Positions 17,952-28,323 of a stretch of DNA of 64,000 bases are shown in pieces (position 1 is the stretch's first letter; each line of letters begins with the position of its first letter). The translations under genes and the position numbers were made by a program. The notes beneath the pieces are model-generated. The model was not told the DNA's origin. It did not search any database and saw only the letters and a list, made by a program, of their open reading frames with translations. The DNA is taken from UHGV virus genome UHGV-0222911; one strand, written 5' to 3'. This DNA is from a virus.

Positions 17952-18335
17952 TCAAATACCTGTGCAGCTTCTGTTTTCTAAGAAATACTCAACACCATAC
18001 ATAGCTTTTTGCATCAAATCTTCTTTAAACTGGATACGGTGGTTGAGCATCGCCTGTACATCAATATCGTCATGGTGTTTCTCTTTAATGTTTGCAGATT
18101 GCAGGAAATACTCTGCAAGAACACGATACTGGTAGTCAGTCACCTTATCAGTCATCTCTGTCAAAGATTCTTCAGATATTGGTTTAAGTAGCTCACCATT
18201 AGCTAGAGCAACACCTTTTACAATCTGGCAAGTGTCTTCTGGAACACCTGATAAGTCCACATTTGGAAGTTCTGTTGCATTGACTGGTAAATTCATTGCC
18301 ATAACCATTGCAGCAGCTAATAAAATCTTTTTCAT
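17952..18335 (-). CDS. secreted/periplasmic protein (signal peptide)
   Basis: 127 aa; N-terminal signal peptide MKKILLAAAMVMAMNLPVNA. Confidence 0.45.
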   Translation of the reverse strand: MKKILLAAAMVMAMNLPVNATELPNVDLSGVPEDTCQIVKGVALANGELLKPISEESLTEMTDKVTDYQYRVLAEYFLQSANIKEKHHDDIDVQAMLNHRIQFKEDLMQKAMYGVEYFLENRSCTGI

Positions 18336-18379
18336 AATGACCTCAAAGTTATATTAAATTTTGTATTACATTGAGTATA

Positions 18380-18408
18380 AAAATAAGCTATAACACCTGA
18401 CTTGTCAA
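18380..18408 (-). promoter_or_regulatory. sigma70-like promoter candidate for gene 17952..18335
   Basis: On minus strand TTGACA - 17 nt - TATTTT, AT-rich upstream. Confidence 0.35.
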
Positions 18409-18463
18409 CAGACTTTATAGCTTATTTGGCAGATTTTTTATAAGGCTACTGCCATCCTTCCAT

Positions 18464-18498
18464 ACCAAACCCGACCTCACCTCACCCCACCTCACCTT
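18464..18498. repeat. phased pentamer array 1: (ACCNN)x7 on plus strand
   Basis: accaa acccg acctc acctc acccc acctc acctt, strict 5-nt phase. Confidence 0.8.
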
Positions 18499-18519
18499 AT
18501 TAAAAGACCCTCTTAAAGA

Positions 18520-18548
18520 CCTTTTAAAAAGGAGCCTCCGAAGAGGCT
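18520..18548 (-). terminator. rho-independent terminator for gene 18560..19000
   Basis: Minus strand AGCCTC UUCG GAGGCU hairpin followed by CCTTTTT. Confidence 0.6.
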
Positions 18549-18559
18549 ACCTCGTCAAC

Positions 18560-19000
18560 TTAGAAAGGTTTTCTGCGTTGCTTGTTAATGTTAGCTTTCA
18601 TAGCAGCTAAATGGTTTTGCTGTTCAATCAGTCGTGAACGTTCTTGATGACTAAGTGCCATAGTGTTCACATTCTCAATTGCTTGAGTGGCTTGCTTTAA
18701 AGCTCGACCAATCTTACCAGACATTTTACGTTTTGCAATAGTTGCTTGATGCTTAGGTTCAACCACACGATAACCAACACCCATTGAAGCAACCAGATAA
18801 ATCTTCTCTTCTTTAAGAAGCTTTTCAATAAACTTCTCAAGTCGGTTTAGACGTGTAAGTGCATAAGCCTTCATTTCATCTTCGTACTTAACAATGTCAC
18901 CTTGATAAGTTGGCTTCACAATACCTAAGAAGGTGTCCATCTCAGAATGTGATACAGTGTCACCGTAACTAAACTTTGCTGCTAATGCTTTTGTATTCAT
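18560..19000 (-). CDS. hypothetical protein
   Basis: 146 aa ORF. Confidence 0.45.
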   Translation of the reverse strand: MNTKALAAKFSYGDTVSHSEMDTFLGIVKPTYQGDIVKYEDEMKAYALTRLNRLEKFIEKLLKEEKIYLVASMGVGYRVVEPKHQATIAKRKMSGKIGRALKQATQAIENVNTMALSHQERSRLIEQQNHLAAMKANINKQRRKPF

Positions 19001-19002
19001 AA

Positions 19003-19608
<606 letters not shown>

Positions 19609-19702
19609 TTAGTTGATTGTTAAGTTGTTTGTAAAGAACCCTCAACAGAAGACTCTTTAGAAACTTGGTAGATTTTTAACGTGGCTACTACCATCCACCC
19701 AT

Positions 19703-19792
19703 ACATTACCGGACTTTACCCCACCATGCCGAACCACACCTGACCAAACAACACCACACCGTACCAAACCTTACCCAACCAGACCTTATCTT
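19703..19792. repeat. phased pentamer array 2: 18 consecutive pentamers, 16 beginning ACC/AC
   Basis: acatt accgg acttt acccc accat gccga accac acctg accaa acaac accac accgt accaa acctt accca accag acctt atctt. Confidence 0.8.
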
Positions 19793-19864
19793 ATTAAAAG
19801 ACCCTCTTAAAGACCTTTTAAAAAGGTAAGTCTCATTTTAATGTAGCTGAGACTAACTACCCGC

Positions 19865-19954
19865 ACTTTACCGCACCGGACCTTACCGGACCGCACATCA
19901 CCGCACTAAACCGGACATCACATTACCCGACCACACCAAACCAAACACCACATT
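19865..19954. repeat. phased pentamer array 3: 18 consecutive pentamers all beginning AC
   Basis: acttt accgc accgg acctt accgg accgc acatc accgc actaa accgg acatc acatt acccg accac accaa accaa acacc acatt. Confidence 0.8.
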
Positions 19955-20019
19955 ACTTAAAAAACCTCTTAGAAGACTCTTAAGTGATGCTGGTGAGTAC
20001 CCGTTGGTTTATGCTGCTC

Positions 20020-20047
20020 AGTATACTCACCAAATTTTCTATGTCAA
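20020..20047 (-). promoter_or_regulatory. near-consensus sigma70 promoter on minus strand, reading into pentamer array 3
   Basis: Minus strand TTGACA - 16 nt - TATACT. Confidence 0.55.
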
Positions 20048-20050
20048 CAA

Positions 20051-20200
20051 CTTTTATAAAAAAGTTCTGATAGCTATATGCGTCACGAAACAAAAGATTG
20101 TAAACAAGACACCCATTGCAAAGGATGTGTTCAAAAGCTTACTTGTGATGTAAGACAACACAAAGATAACTAATGCAAACAGAATGATTGTACTTAACAT
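20051..20200 (-). CDS. small hydrophobic protein (49 aa, two predicted TM segments)
   Basis: ATG 3 nt after ligase stop; MLSTIILFALVIFVLSYITSKLLNTSFAMGVLFTIFCFVTHIAIRTFL; below ORF-track size cutoff, no clear SD. Confidence 0.25.
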
Positions 20201-20203
20201 AGT

Positions 20204-21303
20204 TTATTCATAATCCCTAATAACTAGCCCGACAGGGAACTGTAAAGAACCCTTACGAGTCATCTTCTGGAACTGAACCGTTAAAGGTTTCCCGATAAAC
20301 TCTTCAGGATGCTCAGCAAGATACTGTTTCTTCTCATGAGTAGTTTTCCATGAGACATCTACAAAGACGTTAGGAAGAGTCTCTACAACGAACTTGCCAT
20401 GACCACGCTTATCAGTCTTTACACCAGTCACTTTAAACTCTTCAGTGTGCATCTTCTTGTGCTTAATCAAGAAGTATGAACGGTGACAACACTCATAGAA
20501 GGAGTCTTCAGAGATTGAACGGTACATTGCACCTTCAAACTTAGCTTCAACCCACTTATCATGAGCTTCATCAAACTCTTCCCAAGAATTTACACGACGA
20601 GACTTAACAGGAACAACTTTACAGCCGTCTCTAAAGTCATTCAATGGTGAAGTCTCAATAATATCTCTACGCTCAGGCCACGTCTTAGTGCTGTCACAGA
20701 TATCGTACCAGTAGAACTGGAGTAGATGTCGGTCTGGATTGTCAGCATTCTTAATCATAGACACAATATCTTCTAAGTCCCAACCATGAGCATAAATCTC
20801 ACCATCAAAGTCTTCGACTTGTGGATGCAATTTAAGCAACAAAAGCAAATCTGGGATTAGTTCTTCTGGGACGTTGTAAACAGTATTCTCACGAGAATAA
20901 GCCGTGAAGCTAACTAAATCAGCATCTCTTGAAATTCTACAACGAACACCATCAAGTTTTGGTTGAGCATCAGCAGGGAATATCAAATACTTTGCATGGC
21001 TAACCTTTGCAGCATCATGAGCAAGCTGTACACCCACCTTTTCAGTATTCTGTGCAGACTCTTTTGTGTAAGCATAACCTTTGCGGTCAACTTGCTTCTT
21101 GTACTTAGCAGTAACTTCAAAGAGAGCTTGCTGTTCAGCGTTACGCTCATTCTTTTTACCGATGTTTTTAGGTTCTGCTGTATACTCTTCAAACATCATC
21201 TTGCCATTTTCTTTACCGTAGGTTGTAATAACTTTGTCACCTACAGCAACGCATGACCAGACGTTGAATGAGCCGTCTTTATTTTGTTTGTACAGTATTG
21301 TCA
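20204..21303 (-). CDS. ATP-dependent DNA ligase
   Basis: Adenylation motif I KLDGVR; start set at internal Met (MTILYKQ) preceded by GAGGA SD; longest ORF would start at 21340. Confidence 0.8.
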
Positions 21304-21305
21304 TT

Positions 21306-21497
21306 TTATTCCTCTGAATGATACCAAGTGTTGCAAGCATTACATGCGTAAAGCTCTAAGTCATTTTTATCTGGTTTATGAAAACAGTTTGCTCCGCAGT
21401 GGCAACGAAATGGCTTTCCACCAACTGTTAGGATGAAGGATTGAACCTTTCCATCAGGAGTTCGTACAGCATTTTTATGCTTATCTTCTTTGTTCAT
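21306..21497 (-). CDS. small Cys-rich zinc-finger protein (paralog 1)
   Basis: 63 aa; FRCHCGANCFHKPD...YACNACN; paralog of 21822..22025. Confidence 0.4.
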   Translation of the reverse strand: MNKEDKHKNAVRTPDGKVQSFILTVGGKPFRCHCGANCFHKPDKNDLELYACNACNTWYHSEE

Positions 21498-21576
21498 TTG
21501 TCTCTTGCCTCACAAGCTATGCAGCATTTTGAGTAGAAGTTGTGCCAAGCATGTCCACCAAAGTCTTCTTTGATAA

Positions 21577-21825
21577 TTAAATTGAATTTATCGCTTCCAT
21601 GTGTTTTTCGTAGAAATCTAAACATTTTTCATCTTGCTCCTTTATGTAACTATCATAAAATTCCGGTGATTCTGGTCTTTCGCCAAAGGAAATAACCTTC
21701 AGGTAGTACTTCCCATATGTGGAGCCATCTAACCAAGAATCAAATAGTAATTTCTTAGTATTAGTCTTTGGAGGGATTACCAAGCTTTTCTCATACAATT
21801 CCTTCATTTCTTGAGTTATCTTCAT
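21577..21825 (-). CDS. hypothetical protein
   Basis: 82 aa ORF. Confidence 0.4.
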   Translation of the reverse strand: MKITQEMKELYEKSLVIPPKTNTKKLLFDSWLDGSTYGKYYLKVISFGERPESPEFYDSYIKEQDEKCLDFYEKHMEAINSI

Positions 21826-22025
21826 TGCATATCCTTAATCTTACCTAAGAACCTTACACCACAACTATTACACTCGTATATGTCTAAATTTGTGTTATCA
21901 GGTTTATGAAAACAGTTTGACCCGCAACGACACCTGAATAGCTTACCATCGACACGAAGAATGAATGTTTCAAGCTCACCATCTTCTGTAAGAACTGCGT
22001 TCTTAAATTTATCTTCTACAGTCAT
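21822..22025 (-). CDS. small Cys-rich zinc-finger protein (paralog 2)
   Basis: 67 aa; FRCRCGSNCFHKPD...YECNSCG; same architecture as 21306..21497. Confidence 0.4.
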   Translation of the reverse strand: MTVEDKFKNAVLTEDGELETFILRVDGKLFRCRCGSNCFHKPDNTNLDIYECNSCGVRFLGKIKDMQ

Positions 22026-22228
22026 TTTCTCTTACCACCAATCTCTACGTCGATAACCTGAACATCACCAGCAACATCAAACTTATGGATGATGCTTTCC
22101 ACAGTGTAAGTCCAACCCTCGATGCTAACCAACTCACCTTCTCGTGGGACGATTGGGTTACGTTGAGCTACGGTTGTAGTGGAGTGAACAACATCATAAC
22201 AATAGATATAGTTTACTAGGACTTCCAT
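22022..22228 (-). CDS. hypothetical protein
   Basis: Start chosen at internal Met to avoid 89-nt overlap with lipoprotein gene; longest ORF extends to 22327. Confidence 0.3.
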   Translation of the reverse strand: MEVLVNYIYCYDVVHSTTTVAQRNPIVPREGELVSIEGWTYTVESIIHKFDVAGDVQVIDVEIGGKRK

Positions 22229-22238
22229 CGTGAAAACC

Positions 22239-22496
22239 TCACTCAATAACCGTAGTGTGTGATTGACCATTTTTCCCATAACTATAAGATGTTGTTGTTT
22301 GAGAGTTTGGACATCTGACAACAACAATATCTCTGCTTATGGCATCACCATGTAACTTATAGACTTTGCAATCTTGCATCTCTGGTGGGAGGCTATAAGA
22401 AGCGTTTTTGTCCTCGTAAGAGGGGTTGCAGCCAGATAGAAAAATTACTCCAAGTGCAACCATTGCTTTCACACAACTCTTAACCTTATTGTTCAC
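22239..22496 (-). CDS. lipoprotein
   Basis: 85 aa; signal peptide with lipobox ...GVIFLSGC (MNNKVKSCVKAMVALGVIFLSGCNPSY). Confidence 0.5.
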   Translation of the reverse strand: MNNKVKSCVKAMVALGVIFLSGCNPSYEDKNASYSLPPEMQDCKVYKLHGDAISRDIVVVRCPNSQTTTSYSYGKNGQSHTTVIE

Positions 22497-22628
22497 GATA
22501 GTCTACCTCTCTGTATGTTTTTAAATAGTGGGTAATGAGTTCTGGTAATTCACTACGTTTAACGTTTGAACGAAGAAGTGTCCAGTCAAAACCTTTACCA
22601 ACCCTTCCCCAGAGACTGTACATTTTCT

Positions 22629-22862
22629 TCATAGCAACTCCAGAATATCAATACGTTCACCTTTAAGTACTCCAGTACGGTCTTTTGCAATCTTACCGTC
22701 AACGATAAGGATGTGTGTAGACCTTAAAGCGTCGTTGTTAAAGGTTTTTACGAACTTGCTAGGCATGACTACAATGGACATCTCCTGAATTAACTCTGGA
22801 GTGTAGCAGTTATCATGAAGTTGCTGAATAACGTCTGCAAGTGTCATTTTTGATGTCTCCAA
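22629..22862 (-). CDS. hypothetical protein
   Basis: 77 aa ORF. Confidence 0.4.
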   Translation of the reverse strand: METSKMTLADVIQQLHDNCYTPELIQEMSIVVMPSKFVKTFNNDALRSTHILIVDGKIAKDRTGVLKGERIDILELL

Positions 22863-23053
22863 TATTCAATATCTACAAGTTCTTGTGCAATGCTTTTCAG
22901 ATTACCTTTCAAGAAAACCTTCTCAGAACCTGAAAGAGATGAATTGTCAATCAACCTGTTTATTCTCTCAAACAACTTCTGCTTACGATTCTTGATAGTT
23001 TCCTTTGAAGCACCTTTCATCATTGCTGCATGGGTTCTTCCACGGTGGCTCAT
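22844..23053 (-). CDS. hypothetical protein
   Basis: 69 aa basic ORF. Confidence 0.35.
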   Translation of the reverse strand: MSHRGRTHAAMMKGASKETIKNRKQKLFERINRLIDNSSLSGSEKVFLKGNLKSIAQELVDIEYWRHQK

Positions 23054-23114
23054 AAGCCCTCCTATATAAGATATTGTATAAGGTACTCTTCCATGAGTAC
23101 CTTGTCAATACTAA

Positions 23115-25814
23115 TTAGTGCACTTCAAGCCAGCTTTTACCAACCTTACCAGTACCTGTTACAAGTGTTTCTTTCTTAAGACCTAAATTCTTAGAAGCTT
23201 GTCCATAATACCAGTCAGTAACTGCTTTCACTTCTGCCGTCATACTTTCTGGACATTCCCAGCTTGTTTCATCGTGATATGCGCAGAGCAAACGAGCACC
23301 AATAGCTGGTTTACGACCATTTAACTTCATCAAACCTTCGTCAATCATACGACGACAAGCAAGGTTAATTGCCTCATTTTGAATCTGAGCCTCTGAACCC
23401 ATCAAAAGATAGTTCAACAGTTTGTGTGGAGATTTACACCACAACCAAGCTCCAGCAACCTTTACAAATCCCCCTTTAGAGATTGCAGCGGTCTTACCAA
23501 AAACCTCTTCAAGTGCCTTTTTAGTCGCTTTGTAGTCAGCTTCCAAGTCATCTAGCAACTTCTTAATTTTAGGCAAACGAATAAAGTAAGTCTGTTTAGT
23601 CAGTGCACCTTCCTGAGTAGTTGCAGCTTTAATTGTCTTAGCAAACTTCTCATCACCTGCACCGAACAGCAGTGCATAGATACCATTCTTAGCTTTTTTA
23701 CGACCCTTACTAATCTCATGGAGAAGATTCTCATCCTGAGTGGCTCGACAAGTCAAGATATCCTGCTCATCATTCAAGCTAAAGTAAATACTGTTCAGTG
23801 TGTGTGCATCAGTCCCTGAATAGACAACGTACAGGTCATTCTCAGAGTCATAGCGGAGGTACTTATCAATCTCTGGGTTGAGGTACTCATCAAAGTGTTT
23901 GCAGTAATAGCGTCCATCTTCTTGACGAATAAACTCAATCTCTTCTTTACCTTGCGTTACCGCTTTGGTGAAGTCTTTGTCACCCATAAAGTTACAAAGA
24001 AGAACTAGCTGGGCTGAGTTCATGTCTACAGAGACAACGTTAGTACCTTCTTCACAAATCCATACTGCCCTCATTGGTTCCCCATAGACAGCAGCACCAG
24101 ACGGTACGTTTACAATACCATATTGTGTCATACGTCCAGTTGAAGTACCAAATACCATTGCACCAGCACTAAGGCGACCATCTGGACGAATCTGGTTTAG
24201 CCAACCTTTTTCATCATCCTTTGAGTTCTCAATGGTTCTGCGTCGGTGCATCAAAGTATAGTATTTAGCAATCTTCTGTCCAAGCTCACCTTCAATCGTA
24301 TCATAAGAAGATTCAGTAAGTTTTGGTGAAGTACGGATTAAGCAAGGTTCAAGCAAATCCGTGTACTTCTTCACAGACCAGTTATGTTCGATGTACTGGA
24401 CACCTTCGTGTTCAACATAACTCAACCCACACCGTTCAACCATCTCCTGCCACTTAGGATGCTTTGTAATCATCTTTTTGTTGTCTTTGAAACGACAAAC
24501 TTTGACAGGGCGACCGTCTGAATCTTTCTTGTAGTTCCAGTCATCTGGAATCCAACCAACTGATTTCAAGTAGTCTTTAACAACTGCTACCTGAGTCATA
24601 CGAGAAACTTCAAACTCAATTGGTGTATATGGTGCATCAATCAATCCTGTGTAGCGACTTGACTCAAGCTCAAAGTGGTTAACAACATGACTGTTATAGT
24701 ACTTCACAGTTTTAACTGTTTTTACTGGCTTCCAGTCTTTGCATTTCTTACCAATCTTTGCATTCAACTCATTGCAAATTGCACGAGCATCCTTCATTGC
24801 TACAAAACCCTCCTTGTACTCTTCACCAGTTACAGAGTTGGTTGGTGTATAGCAATTTCTCTTTTCAATGTTAAAAATCTTTGTAGTTGGCTTACCAAAT
24901 GGCTTGATTTCATATGTCTGCATCTCACCGTTACGTACCTGCTGACGATACTTTGTCTTAGGGTACTTGGTAATTCTCTTCAGTCCATCTGCGTGACCAA
25001 ATGCTTCAACATACTCATTCCAAGCTTTTGCAAACTCTTCTCCAGTGACTTTACCTTTGGTCTTAATAGTTGGAGGAAGATGTGGTTCAACTTCTGAAGC
25101 AAGCTCATTAGTCAACTTGTCAAGTTCCTTTACATGGAACTCCATAAGCTCTTTATCAGCTTTCCAACCATTGATAGCTTGTTGACTCATCCAGAAAGAT
25201 GTTTCTTTAGCTCGCATATAGGTTTCATAAGTGTCTATGCCACACTTCTTTAGCTTGAGATACTCATTATCCAGTGCGCGTTTAGTTTTGGCGTTAATAC
25301 GGATATCTTCCACAACACGAGTGAAGATTTCTGCATTCCACACACCCCAATGTTCAATCTCTGGTTTACGGACACCAACACGAGCACCCCATGCAGCCAA
25401 GCCATGAGCACCTTTATAGCCTTTTGGAGTTGGTCTATCCATCCACTGAACACGAGACTGGATAAGAGAATCCTGAAAGAAATTACTCCACGGCTTACAC
25501 TTTGGATTATCAAAGTTCCATAAATCAGGTGCAATGTGATTGAAAACCCACCAGTCATAACCCAGACCATTATGGATGCAAAGTCGTTTTGCCTTTAACG
25601 CAAACTCAATACCTTCACGCAAACCACCCTTGATGTACTTGGTGTATTTGTGACCGAGGATAGGCTCATCTGTAAAGACCCATACAGGTGGCTCTTCATC
25701 GTCAGATTTATAGTCTGCGAAAGCCATTACGTGCACTTTAGTGAACTCAAGGAGTAAACCATCAGTTTCTGTATCACCAACTAAATGTAAGTTTTTAAAA
25801 TCTACGTTTTCCAT
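23115..25814 (-). CDS. DNA polymerase, family A, with 3'-5' exonuclease domain
   Basis: Exo I motif GDTETDG; Pol motif A-like VSVDMNSAQLVLL, motif B KNGIYALLFGAG, motif C CAYHDE; start set at Met preceded by GAGGGAG SD (longest ORF starts 25844). Confidence 0.9.
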   Translation of the reverse strand: MENVDFKNLHLVGDTETDGLLLEFTKVHVMAFADYKSDDEEPPVWVFTDEPILGHKYTKYIKGGLREGIEFALKAKRLCIHNGLGYDWWVFNHIAPDLWNFDNPKCKPWSNFFQDSLIQSRVQWMDRPTPKGYKGAHGLAAWGARVGVRKPEIEHWGVWNAEIFTRVVEDIRINAKTKRALDNEYLKLKKCGIDTYETYMRAKETSFWMSQQAINGWKADKELMEFHVKELDKLTNELASEVEPHLPPTIKTKGKVTGEEFAKAWNEYVEAFGHADGLKRITKYPKTKYRQQVRNGEMQTYEIKPFGKPTTKIFNIEKRNCYTPTNSVTGEEYKEGFVAMKDARAICNELNAKIGKKCKDWKPVKTVKTVKYYNSHVVNHFELESSRYTGLIDAPYTPIEFEVSRMTQVAVVKDYLKSVGWIPDDWNYKKDSDGRPVKVCRFKDNKKMITKHPKWQEMVERCGLSYVEHEGVQYIEHNWSVKKYTDLLEPCLIRTSPKLTESSYDTIEGELGQKIAKYYTLMHRRRTIENSKDDEKGWLNQIRPDGRLSAGAMVFGTSTGRMTQYGIVNVPSGAAVYGEPMRAVWICEEGTNVVSVDMNSAQLVLLCNFMGDKDFTKAVTQGKEEIEFIRQEDGRYYCKHFDEYLNPEIDKYLRYDSENDLYVVYSGTDAHTLNSIYFSLNDEQDILTCRATQDENLLHEISKGRKKAKNGIYALLFGAGDEKFAKTIKAATTQEGALTKQTYFIRLPKIKKLLDDLEADYKATKKALEEVFGKTAAISKGGFVKVAGAWLWCKSPHKLLNYLLMGSEAQIQNEAINLACRRMIDEGLMKLNGRKPAIGARLLCAYHDETSWECPESMTAEVKAVTDWYYGQASKNLGLKKETLVTGTGKVGKSWLEVH

Positions 25815-26071
25815 TTTTACTCCCTCTAAAATCATTAACCTCATACATTACTGCAAAAAATTATAAAAAGCAAGTTGACAATGTACTTGACAAGGTGTTA
25901 ATCTTTGCGAAGTGGGTTTTTACTTAAAAGGTTACTTAACAGTTTAACTATACAGATACTTTAAAACTCTTAAAAGATTATTTAATAGCTTTTAAAAAGT
26001 TTTAAAGTATAACGTATAGAATACGTTAAGATAAAAGATTAAAACTTAATAGTTACTTAAAAGAGGCTTAC

Positions 26072-26494
26072 ATGCAGAAAATGTTTGTTCACCCAGACAT
26101 AGCTGACTTTGTTAGAGCTTTGCAGAAGTTGGAAGAACTTGACATTGCTGCTCAACGGGAATATGCTCACCATCACAGGAGAATGGTTGATATACAACAT
26201 GAAATAGAGTTGTCTGAAAACTATGAAGATGACTTAAAATGCTCTGTATTTGAGCATATGAAAGATGTTGCTACAGCTAGACGTAAAGCTAAAGACACAG
26301 TTGCTTTACTAGATTCTCTTAAAAAGAGGTTGCAAAGTGGTACAGACCTGTGTAATCTAGCATCACTGATTAATGATGTTGAAACTTCTTGGGATAGACA
26401 TTACTATCCACGTTCTGAAAAGACACTTGACTTTTCTTCATCCGAAAACTTAAAATGTTCTAGAAAGAAACTTAACCAACTGAGAGAGAAATAA
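26072..26494 (+). CDS. hypothetical protein
   Basis: 140 aa ORF, first gene of plus-strand block after divergent AT-rich region. Confidence 0.4.
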   Translation: MQKMFVHPDIADFVRALQKLEELDIAAQREYAHHHRRMVDIQHEIELSENYEDDLKCSVFEHMKDVATARRKAKDTVALLDSLKKRLQSGTDLCNLASLINDVETSWDRHYYPRSEKTLDFSSSENLKCSRKKLNQLREK

Positions 26495-26495
26495 T

Positions 26496-27308
26496 ATGAA
26501 TACTACTGTAGACCAGATGCTTGAAGAAAAAGGTATTGACGAAGCTTTCTTAATCAATGCCGTAGAAAGCATGGCTATGATTCTTCGTGGAAACAACTAC
26601 ACAGAACAGTTTATGCCTGCAAGCTATAACCTGCCTAAAGACAAGTCTGATAACGGTGCTTTTGCAGAACAGGTTAATATGATGCTGTGTGACAAAACAC
26701 TTGCTTTAGCATCTATTGTTGTAGGTGTTGATGCTCTTGCAGAGTTCATTTTTTATGAGATGCAGAAAAATGACTATATTGCCATGACCTCTGAAGAAAA
26801 AGACTCACTATTGCTCTTAGATAATAATGAGCTAGTTGACCTGTTAATTTCGTCAACGAGTGCTGTTATGGCTGCTCTTGAGAAGCGCATGGAAGAGAAG
26901 CTGTCACGATATGAAAAACTTGATTGGGGTGTAGAAGAGTTAAACCCACGAATCAAAGAGATTATCCAGCAAACTAAAGATTCTTTAGAAGAAGCTGTGA
27001 AAGATGATTCTGTAGCTGATGTAGAACCACTACAGGTGAAGGTTGCTCTGATGATTCCAGCTATTTCTACAATGATGAATATCGTTGCACTAATCCAACT
27101 TTCTCAGATGTTGGGAGTAACCATTGAGTTCGTTGAGGAAATGACTGGCGGTGTGAGTATGCAAGCAATCAATGATGTTTTGGTAAGCATCGGTGCTTCA
27201 ATCATTGAAGAGAAGCTTCGCATTAACTTCGGTGATGATTTTGTTAAGCAAATCTCAGCTATGGCTGAAAAAGAACACTCACAGATTAATACTGACCAAC
27301 TGCACTAA
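26496..27308 (+). CDS. hypothetical protein
   Basis: 270 aa acidic ORF. Confidence 0.4.
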   Translation: MNTTVDQMLEEKGIDEAFLINAVESMAMILRGNNYTEQFMPASYNLPKDKSDNGAFAEQVNMMLCDKTLALASIVVGVDALAEFIFYEMQKNDYIAMTSEEKDSLLLLDNNELVDLLISSTSAVMAALEKRMEEKLSRYEKLDWGVEELNPRIKEIIQQTKDSLEEAVKDDSVADVEPLQVKVALMIPAISTMMNIVALIQLSQMLGVTIEFVEEMTGGVSMQAINDVLVSIGASIIEEKLRINFGDDFVKQISAMAEKEHSQINTDQLH

Positions 27309-27327
27309 GTCTTTATAAAAACTTACA

Positions 27328-27351
27328 AGCCTCCTTAGTTGGGGGCTTTTT
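27328..27351 (+). terminator. hairpin + T-run
   Basis: AGCCTCC ttagtt GGGGGCT (one G-U pair) followed by TTTT. Confidence 0.45.
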
Positions 27352-27370
27352 AGTAATTAAGGGAGATAGA

Positions 27371-28114
27371 ATGAGTAATATTATCGCATTTACTGGAAAG
27401 GCACGTTCTGGAAAAGACACCTCATGTTCTATTGTTAAGAATATTCTAGAAGATGAGTATGGCTACAATGTTGCAGTAATGGCCTATGCAGACAACCTTA
27501 AACTCTCTGCATCAAGGATATTTGACTTGACTTGGAATGACCTGTACGGTGAAACTAAAGAGACTCCACAGGTTTTTGATTTATCATACTCTGAACTGAT
27601 GTTCAAGGTCACAGAAGCTATGGAGTTTACCTTCAGAGGTGAACGTTATCATACGGACTTCAAACTCATGTCAGAGTTAACCGGACGATTAATTATGGAA
27701 CTGAAGAAGGTTGCTAAACCGACTCTATTAACACGTCTGGGATTTAGTAAAAAGTATAAATTTTCATCAAGACAGATTCAACAGATTTGGGGCACTGAAG
27801 TTATCCGTAAAGTTATGGGTGACAAATTCTGGGCTAAAGACCTCGAAAAACGAATGGCAAATTTCTTTGACGTTTGCTCACTTAAGAATCAAGATGGTGT
27901 TGTTTTAATCAGTGACTTAAGGTTTGACTCTGAAGCTGAGTGGTTGAGCAGATTTGCACACCAAATTATTGAAGTAAAAAGAGACAATGTGGATAAGGTT
28001 TCGTCACATGTTTCAGAAAATGGGATTTCTACCAAATATGCGCGTGACATTATTCATAATAATGGTACTCTTGCAGACCTTGAAAGCAAGCTAAGAGCTA
28101 TCCTGAAAATTTAA
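27371..28114 (+). CDS. deoxynucleoside monophosphate kinase
   Basis: N-terminal P-loop IIAFTGKARSGKDT resembling T4 gp1 dNMP kinase (FLSGVKRSGKDT). Confidence 0.6.
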   Translation: MSNIIAFTGKARSGKDTSCSIVKNILEDEYGYNVAVMAYADNLKLSASRIFDLTWNDLYGETKETPQVFDLSYSELMFKVTEAMEFTFRGERYHTDFKLMSELTGRLIMELKKVAKPTLLTRLGFSKKYKFSSRQIQQIWGTEVIRKVMGDKFWAKDLEKRMANFFDVCSLKNQDGVVLISDLRFDSEAEWLSRFAHQIIEVKRDNVDKVSSHVSENGISTKYARDIIHNNGTLADLESKLRAILKI

Positions 28115-28122
28115 AAGAGAGA

Positions 28123-28323
28123 ATGAAGATGAGAGTAAAAGATAATTTTAAAGTTATTGACCATCGTTTAGTGGAACTCTCATCTCTTTCCAATGAGGTA
28201 ATGATTGAACGTCTTAAAAGAGTTGAATCACGAAGGAAAGAGATTGCAGATGAGATTCATGAACTTGACAAGATTGAAAATGGATTGAAGGCAGAACTAC
28301 AACGAAGAGGTGCTAATGTCTAA
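28123..28323 (+). CDS. hypothetical coiled-coil protein
   Basis: 66 aa ORF. Confidence 0.3.
   Translation: MKMRVKDNFKVIDHRLVELSSLSNEVMIERLKRVESRRKEIADEIHELDKIENGLKAELQRRGANV

Noticed and set aside
25845-26071. Specific promoter calls in the AT-rich divergent region between the DNA polymerase and the 26072 gene
   Set aside because: Several TTGACA hexamers are present but none pairs with a convincing -10 at 16-18 bp spacing; divergent promoters probably exist here but were not pinned down
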